Shown here one piece after another: positions 56,501 through 64,000 of a stretch of 64,000 nt of DNA. The stretch spans positions 124,001-188,000 of the forward strand of contig NW_025767021.1 of NCBI RefSeq assembly GCF_003918875.1, given 5' to 3'. The stretch's first letter is position 1, and every line of letters starts with the position of its first letter. The position numbers were made by a program, and so were the translations under genes. A model generated the notes under the pieces. The model saw only the letters and a program-made list of their open reading frames with translations, ran no database searches and was not told the DNA's origin. This DNA is from Haliotis rubra (Eukaryota).

Positions 56501-59500
56501 AAGCCCACAACACACAATTCTATAACACTCTCTTAGAAACTTAAAAACATGTCTTACTGCTTCAGTATCTTAAAGCTCTCTGTCCCTTTCTCACACTCTT
56601 TCATTCCACATGTGTCGCTTAAATTCTTGGTCGGCCACTTATCGTGGTTGATCAGGTCAGAACCCATAGGACCCCAAGAAGACAATTAGTCTATAAGTCT
56701 TAGTTGCAGTGGTAAATCACAGCTGCCACCAGTCCTGTGAATGTAGCCTCGGACATTTGCTGGCAGCAGGGGCTGGCAGATTCTTATGTCTCGACTAATA
56801 TCTATATACTAAGCACATGCAGCCTCTCACACACAAACCCTAACAAAGTTACAAATATAATATTTTGCATGTACAGCAAATGCCTAAAATTCGGCTCTAA
56901 CACTGTCTATTGGAGCATGTTGTAACACAGCTGCAGAAAGACCTAAGTACTGACCTGAAGATGACGGACTGCTATTCCTGGACCGTGCGCAAGGGGAGTG
57001 GGCAAAGTGGCATCATCTCCAGTGAGCAAGTCACCCTCGTCTGGTACATGAGAAACGGAAAGTCAACTCATAGTGAAATAAACTGAAAACATATCACTTC
57101 ATAATTGATGTTTGATATACTTGGTATACTCGTCCTCAATAATCAGTCGAACTAAACATTGTCATTTCATCACATATATTTCAACAGACATACTAACAGT
57201 TAACAGTAGGAGGATAACTCCCTCTAATTGACCAATTACATCATTGTAACCTTGATTGATGACATAATATCAAAGTCACAACAAAGGGGAGATCACTCTC
57301 ATTTCACCTCATTTCTAGTACTTTCCACACAACAAATAACAGTGGCTCAATATTTCACAAGATTTGTTTGGAGCTTAATACAAAAATATTAAAACATATT
57401 TTTGAGTGCCTCCCTATCTGAAACATGTTAGAATATTATTTTCTTAGTATTTTAACTAAAATTTCACTTGTAACATGAAAATGCACAATTGCATACAAAT
57501 CATGCCATTATCCGCTGGACTACAGAAAGAATGACACACTTGATAAACTCTTCCTCAATAATCAGTCGAACTAAACATTGTCATTTCATCACATCAGTTA
57601 ACAGTAGGAGGATAACTCCCTCATACAAAGCCATGGTTGCTGCCATTAAAGGAAATGGCATCAGCTCCAGGTTCAAGCTAATCAAGCATTTCATGGACAC
57701 CCTTTCAAAGTAAGAAAGACTACAACAACATTCTTCATCCTAGAGGCTTAGACATATTTTGAATCAGCTATGAGGGTTGACTTGGTACCCACCATCATCC
57801 ATGACATAGTCCATGGCAGGCATGCTGAAATCATCTCCCAGCAGACTGTTGGAGAACTGATTGTAGAGAGCTGTCGTGTTGAGTGCACACATCTTCAGCT
57901 CCTTTTCAATGACATCACGCCAGTCCGGAGTGCACAATCTCACTCGAATGGTCTCTCCATTGACCTGGTGCTGGTCCAGAGCCTGGGCCTCAAGGGCAGC
58001 GTCCCCACTCTTGTAGATGATCCACATGTCACTGCCCACAAACCTGTGTGAATGGACACCAAATATTCCTGTTACACAACTGGTAATGAGATACATCCAT
58101 TCTGCTGACGTATTGTACATTGTAAACTTATACAAGGAAAAGTACAAAATGACACCTAACGATATGATACATTTTTTTCATTTTAGTTCATCTTAGTTCA
58201 ACATTGACCACAATCTGCTGGTGGCTGGATTACTGTTCAAGAAAGAATATTGTAAACAATGTCTGCATGAGTGATGAGTCTTGTTCATGAGTGAGTGAGT
58301 GAGTCCACACTCAGCAATATTGATGTTGTTTCACAAACCCACCTGACGACTGTGACGTCTCCAATCTCAGTGAAGGTGCTGACCACTTGGTCTATAATCT
58401 CATCATCAAACTCTGCCCCCGATGCCAGAGACACGATGACAGTGCCATCTGGTGGTCCCTGTTGAGCAACAACTTCGTGCATCACCTTCTCCTTGCAAGC
58501 CTCGTCAACTGCCAGCACGTCAATGTCCAGGAGGGCCAGCACAGGCCTGAATCAGAGAGCAGAGATAGCACCTGTCTCTATGGACATTGGGTAATACTTG
58601 TGTGTAGTCCATGGATAACTCAGAAATGTCATTCAAGAAGCTAAAAATAGCACTAAAACAGCACCAGAGAGTAGTATCATCACTACGGTTTGTTTCATTT
58701 CAGCTCCTGTATATCATCCCATATATGGCAAGTTAGTTTTTTGTACCTAAAATTAAGAGGGGTTTAAAGAGGGAAGCAATATATGGTAGTTGGTGTCAAC
58801 TTTAATAAAACAAATAGACATGAAGAAAACCTTCAGCCCAGTAAGCTGTCCACATAAAGGAAACAATGATTGCTGAAGAAATGCTTAGCCTCTGAAAACA
58901 TCTCCATGTAAATTAAAAATGTGCCCTTGTGATAACCCTAAACATGAGTCAAATGTAGACTTGTTTCATTTTGGGTTTGTGCATTACAGAAAGGGCCGGT
59001 GGAAGAGAAACAAGTGTGGTTCTGGGTCTGAGACAATCAATGTGTAGCTGTTACCTGTGATCTGATGTCTTCAACTCCGCCCGATCATACAATATCAACT
59101 TCCCCTCACTCCAGCTCGGGTCATCTTCCTCCTCTGTAGCAGAAAACCATGTTATAACCTTATGGTGTTCAAATAAAATAGATTATTTGGAACCAAAATA
59201 TTAGGCTTAATAATATTGGATTGATGTAAGCAGATAGGATAATTCACCATGTGTTATTTTTTCTATTATTGTTTTCTGTAAAGCTTGTAACACTTAGTCA
59301 CATGTGCATGTCAATAATTTTAGTTTAAGCATCTACACACTCACACACCTGCAGTTTTACCATGTACACCCTCACATACCTGCAGTTTTACCATCCACAC
59401 ACACACACACACACACCTGCAATATCACCATGTGCACCCTCACACACACCTGCAGTTTTACCATGTACACCCTCACACACACCTGCAGTTTTACCATTCA

Positions 59501-62500
59501 CAAACACACCTGCAATATCACCATGTACACCCTCACACACCTGCAGCTTTATGATGTACACCCTCACACACACCTATAGTTTTACCATCCACACATGCAC
59601 ACCTGCAATATCACCATGTACACCCTCACACACACCTGCAGTTTTACCATGTGCACCCTCACACACACCTGCAGTTTTACCATGTACACCCTCACACACA
59701 CCTGCAGTTTTACCATTCACAATCACACACCTGCAATATCACCATGTACACCCTCACACACACCTGCAGCTTTACAATGTACACCCTCACACACACCTTG
59801 AGGTTTTACCATGTACAACTTCACACACACCTGCAGTTTTACCACCTACACTCTCACACACACCTGCAGTTTTACCATCTACACCCTCACACACACCTGC
59901 AGTTTTAGCATTGAGACTCTCACACACCTGCAGTTTTACCATGTACACCTTCACACACACCTCCAGTTTCAGTATCTACACCCTCACACACACCTGCAGT
60001 TTTAGCATGTAGACTCTCACACCCACCTGCAGTTTTACCATCTACACCCTCACACACACCTGCAATTTTAGCATGTAGATTCTCACACACACCTGCAGTT
60101 TTACCATGTACACCCTCACACACACCTGCAGTTTTTCCATGTACACCCTCATACACATACATGCAGTTTTACCATGTACACCTTCACACACATACATGCA
60201 GTTTTACCATGTACACCCTCACACACATACATGCAGTTTTACCAACTACACCCTCACACACCTGCAGTTCTACCATGTACACACTCACACACATACATGC
60301 AGTTTTACCATGTACAACCTCACACATACCTGCAGTTTTACCAACTACACCCTCACACACCCCTGCAGTTTCACCATGTACACCCTCACACACATACATG
60401 CAGTTTTACCATGTACACCCTCACACACACACACACCTGCAGTTTTACCATCTACACCCTCACACACATCTGCAATTTTAGCATGTATACCCTCACACAC
60501 ACCTGCAGTTTTACCATGTACACCCTCACACACACACACCTGCAGTTTTACCATGTACACCCTCACACACACCTGCAGTTTTACCACGTACACCCTCACA
60601 CACCCCTGCAGTTTTACCATCCACACAGTGACATCTCCAGCTATATGTCTACTCTCTTAGATGGCTGAACATCTACACTAAGACATCTGAAGCTGTACAT
60701 CTTCACTAAGACATCTGAAGCTGTACATCTACACTAAGACATCTGAAGCTGTACATCTACGCTAAGACATCTGAAGCTGTACATCTACACTAAGACATCT
60801 GAAGCTGTACATCTACACTAAGACATCTGAAGCTGAATCTCTACACTAAGACATCTGAAGCTGTACATCTACACTAAGACATCTGAAGCTGTACATCTAC
60901 ACTAAGACATCTGAAGCTGTACATCTACACTAAGACATCTGAAGCTGAACATCTACACTAAGACATCTGAAGCTGTACATCTACACTAAGACATCTGAAG
61001 CTGTACATCTACACTAAGACATCTGAAGCTACACAACTACACTGAGACATCTGAAGCTGTACATCTACACTGAGACATCTGAAGCTGTACATCTACACGA
61101 AGACATCTGAAGCTGTACATCTACACTAAGACATCTGAAGCTGTACATCTACACTAAGACATCTGAAGCTGAATCTCTACACTAAGACATCTGAAGCTGT
61201 ACATCTACACTAAGACATCTGAAGCTGTACATCTACACTAAGACATCTGAAGCTGTACATCTACACTAAGACATCTGAAGCTGAACATCTACACTAAGAC
61301 ATCTGAAGCTGTACATCTACACTAAGACATCTGAAGCTGTACATCTACACTAAGACATCTGAAGCTACACAACTACACTGAGACATCTGAAGCTGTACAT
61401 CTACACTAAGACATCTGAAGCTGTACATCTACACTAAGACATCTGAAGCTGTACATCTACACGAAGACATCTGAAGCTGTACATCTACACGTAAGACATC
61501 TGAAGCTGAACATCTACACTAAGACATCTGAAGCTGTACATCTACACTAAGACATCTGAAGCTGTACATCTACACGAAGACATCTGAAGCTGTACATCTA
61601 CATTAAGACATCTGAAGCTGTACATCTACACTAAGACATCTGAAGCTGTACATCTACACTAAGACATCTGAAGCTGTACATCTACACTAAGACAACTGGA
61701 GCTGTACATCTACACTAAGACATCTGAAGCTGTACATCTACACTAAGATATCAGAAGCTGAACATCTACACTAAGATATCAGAAGCTGTACATCTACACT
61801 AAGACATCTGAAGCTGAATCTCTACACTAAGACATCTGAAGCTGTACATCTACACTAAGACATCTGAAGCTGTACATCTACACTAAGACATCTGAAGCTG
61901 TACATCTACACTAAGATATCAGAAGTTGAACATCTACACTAAGACATCTGAAGCTGTACATCTACACTAAGACATTTTAAGCTGTACATCTACACTAAGA
62001 CATCTGAAGTTGTACATCTACACGAAGACATCTGAAGCTGTACATCTACACTAAGACATCTGAAGCTGTACATCTACACTCACGCTCTCTTGGTAGGAGG
62101 TGTTTACGCCTCCAGAGCACCCGGTCTGTCCATGCTGGTGTGCGAGACTTCTCACTGGTGTCGTAGTCATCACTGAACAGATCATACTTGTAGGTAGGTG
62201 CGAAATTGGTCTTCCCCTCACTGAATCCAGCAAACCCCTACACAACAAGTACACATACAGACACATCATTCTTGACCAATCTAAACATCAGTCCTGGCAA
62301 TTCCAATGAGAGCAATTGGAATGCAAGTGTTTCCATGAAACTACAACTGACTGACTGAGTTTTGGTTTTATGCCGCTTTTAGCAATATTCCAGCAACATC
62401 ACGGAGGGGGACACCAGATATGGGCTTCACACATTGTACCCATGTGGGGATTCGAACCCGGGTCCTCGGCGTGACGAGCCAACGCTTTAACCACTAGGCT

Positions 62501-62930
62501 ACCCCACCGACCCATGAAACTACAAGCAAAAGAATTTAATTCATGATAGGTACACATTAGACTTGTTTCAAATGAATTTTCTTTCCAAGGCATGTATAAA
62601 AACCTTTTGTTGTTTGACTTTAGTGGGTTTTACACCATTTTAGCAATATTCTTATAATATCATTGCTGGGGACATCAGGAACAGGCTTCTCAAACTGTGC
62701 TCATCTTGGGGATGAGCAGACACTTTAAACACTATTCTACCATACTGCCCCTGAACTCACTGAAAACTTACCTTGCCCTCCGCCCGTTGTACATTAAGTT
62801 GGTCATAGTGCTGCAGGGCTGCCCAGTTCTCACTGCGGACGAGGTCCTTCACCTGCTCTATGTCCATGTCGATGCGGTAGTTGAAGTCTCCGCACCAGAA
62901 CACGTAGTCGTGACTAGAGATAGTCCGGCC
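38531..62930 (-). CDS. SYNJ1: Synaptojanin-1: 3' part (end of inositol 5-phosphatase domain, RRM-like domain, proline-rich tail); gene begins right of the window
   Basis: Exons 62930-62772, 62237-62084, 59133-59055, 58546-58343, 58043-57793, 57040-56955, 42053-41806, 41242-41128, 40581-40478, 40105-39940, 39609-38531. Motifs [67 protein letters not shown]. One apparent 1-nt deletion in exon 57040-56955. Confidence 0.94.
39772..39862. mobile_element. Miniature/remnant DIRS termini
   Basis: aaattgatattttatacttatcctgactcatg is identical to the DIRS left end (42639-42670). After 15 nt comes catgagtcaggataaggaaa, resembling the right end (48592-48611). Confidence 0.75.
40640..40775 (+). mobile_element. 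SINE-like family B, diverged 5' part
   Basis: tgaagatgcggttagaatttgtcttcagcaacccatgcttgtc...gactaacagga...gactcgctgacttggt. Confidence 0.75.
42074..42343. repeat. ~28-bp G-rich minisatellite next to a SYNJ1 acceptor
   Basis: Unit gagtggctgggtgggtggatatttcagt, about 8 copies. Confidence 0.92.
43152..44224 (-). pseudogene. DIRS tyrosine recombinase, frameshifted
   Basis: [43 protein letters not shown] (catalytic Arg), PHAVRALA (HxxR) and VFANHYL (catalytic Tyr), spread over several frames. Confidence 0.88.
44202..46040 (-). pseudogene. DIRS pol (RT, RNase H, adenine methyltransferase-like), frameshifted
   Basis: [28 protein letters not shown], out-of-frame VYLDD at ~45440, [57 protein letters not shown]. 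Confidence 0.9.
46100..48228 (-). pseudogene. DIRS ORF1/gag-like, frameshifted
   Basis: N-terminal Cys/His cluster CSHC...DPHLLCPNC...[10 protein letters not shown], then Ser/Arg-rich low-complexity ORF pieces upstream of pol. Confidence 0.7.
49159..49799 (-). repeat. BEL 3' LTR (641 bp)
   Basis: Direct repeat of 56241-56902. Confidence 0.96.
50053..55882 (-). pseudogene. BEL/Pao gag-pol polyprotein split by about five frameshifts
   Basis: Gag with triple Cys/His knuckles ([40 protein letters not shown]), protease [16 protein letters not shown]...RVVFDCAA...FYVDD, RNase H HHFSDAS, integrase HHCC...GVDYFGP...AVHIEV, C-terminal RPISKLCLL. Confidence 0.95.
56241..56902 (-). repeat. BEL 5' LTR (662 bp)
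   Basis: By eye it differs from the 3' LTR only by a 22-bp duplication (~56456-56477) and a 1-bp indel. Confidence 0.96.
59330..60625. repeat. ~33-bp CA-rich minisatellite in a SYNJ1 intron
   Basis: Unit cctgcagttttaccatgtacaccctcacacaca, about 39 copies. Confidence 0.95.
60666..62080. repeat. 28-bp minisatellite, ~50 copies, abutting a SYNJ1 donor
   Basis: Unit tctacactaagacatctgaagctgtaca (period 60721 to 60749). Confidence 0.97.
62347..62511 (-). mobile_element. tRNA-derived SINE family A
   Basis: Reverse copy with intact A and B boxes; 14-bp TSD ccatgaaactacaa. A more decayed copy follows at ~62620-62750. Confidence 0.9.
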
Positions 62931-63646
62931 CTGCAATACACACTAATCTTACACCATTCGCAAAACACACTAGTCTTACACCAGACATATATAGTCGAGC
63001 CCTTCCATACACAGTGATCCTGAACCTAACACACGTGTAATCTGGTCTGCAATACAGACTTGTTTCAATAAAGTAGGTATGGAAGGAGAGTGATAAGCTG
63101 TAACTATATAATAATGTTGTTGCCGTGAATGGCAGTTGTCAGAACACAGCCTCTAAATGATTCAATAACTACTGTTACTATTATCTCAAAACATTCAAGT
63201 TTTTCCATGTGGTTTAATATTTGGTACAGATTTTGGTTTTCCATCAGTAAAACATACACAGAAGGGAGCAAGAAATACACCAACTCAGGTTATCAAACTC
63301 ACCAAGCCATTAAATTTTAACCTTTTCCTGAAGTAGTTGTTAAGCTTGTTCTTGCAATGAATTCTAATATTTTACTCACATGAAGGCATCTATAGTTTGT
63401 CAAATACTGGTCACCTTCACCTCTGAGGCCTGTGTTTTCATACCCCCTAGATACAGAGTGTATGGCCAAAAGAGGTCATCTGATACATTAACAGTAAGTT
63501 TTCTATCAACTTACAACATATATACAGAAGGATGCAATATGCATTACTTCCATCATGCAACCACATCATCCAACATCTATCCACAACGTCTGTTGTGTAA
63601 CCATAATCCCCAACCTTTAGACATGGTGTCTGTCATGAAACACAAT

Positions 63647-64000
63647 GCCTGTCATGTAACCGTGATGTCTGTCTGTCGTGTAACCATACTGCCTGTCACG
63701 TAACCATGATGCCTGTCATGTAACCATGATGCCTGTCGTGTAACCATGATGTTTGTCTGTCGTGTAACCATACTGCCTGTCATGTATCTGTGATGCCTGT
63801 CATGTAACCATGATGCCTGTCGTGTAACCATGATGTCTGTCTGTCGTGTAACCATACTGCCTGTCATGTATCTGTGATGCCTGTCATGTAACCATGATGC
63901 CTGTCGTGGAACGATGATGCCTGTCGTGTAACCATGATGGCTGTCATGTAACCATATTACCTGTCATGTAACCATGCTGCCTGTCATGTAACCATGATGG
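63647..64000. repeat. ~20/24-bp minisatellite, runs off the window
   Basis: Unit ccatgatgcctgtcatgtaa with variants. Confidence 0.93.

Larger units (their letters stand above)
49159..56902 (-). mobile_element. BEL/Pao LTR retrotransposon, full-length, 7.7 kb
   Basis: TG...CA LTRs, 5-bp TSD ctgtc (49154-49158 / 56903-56907), PPT TAGGGGCTGGAA before the 3' LTR, domain order gag-PR-RT-RH-IN. Confidence 0.97.

Noticed and set aside
59304-60668. His/Thr/Pro-rich ORFs up to 216 aa
   Set aside because: Translations of a stop-poor minisatellite in several frames.
63300-63500. Next upstream SYNJ1 exon
   Set aside because: The candidate donor I checked is not preceded by sequence encoding the expected ...FPM end; that exon probably lies beyond the window.

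Overview
Intron-rich animal genomic DNA, probably a mollusc (abalone-like SINEs and minisatellite-packed introns; this is an inference). It holds five spliced housekeeping genes whose exons I traced by hand: TADA3 (-, 3' end outside the window), PIGV (+), PLK1 (-), PINX1 (+) and synaptojanin-1 (-, 5' end outside the window). TADA3/PIGV and PLK1/PINX1 are head-to-head pairs. One 14.9 kb synaptojanin intron carries a degenerate DIRS1-like tyrosine-recombinase retrotransposon and a young BEL/Pao LTR retrotransposon. Introns also contain SINEs, MITEs and large tandem arrays. Top observations: (1) a 1533-nt antisense exon inside PINX1 intron 1 ends in ...LGK at a phase-0 donor, exactly like PLK1 exon 1. 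It predicts an alternative PLK1 isoform with a ~500-aa novel N-terminus and an intact Gly-rich loop. (2) The BEL element has no tRNA primer-binding site. Instead it has an 11-nt site complementary to the predicted 5' end of its own transcript, suggesting Tf1-style self-priming. (3) A SINE family starts at a fixed position with a pseudoknot whose pairing is preserved across copies, a ribozyme candidate. (4) The synaptojanin tail contains a CRIB-like motif. All coordinates were counted by eye and may be off by a few bases; no database search was run.
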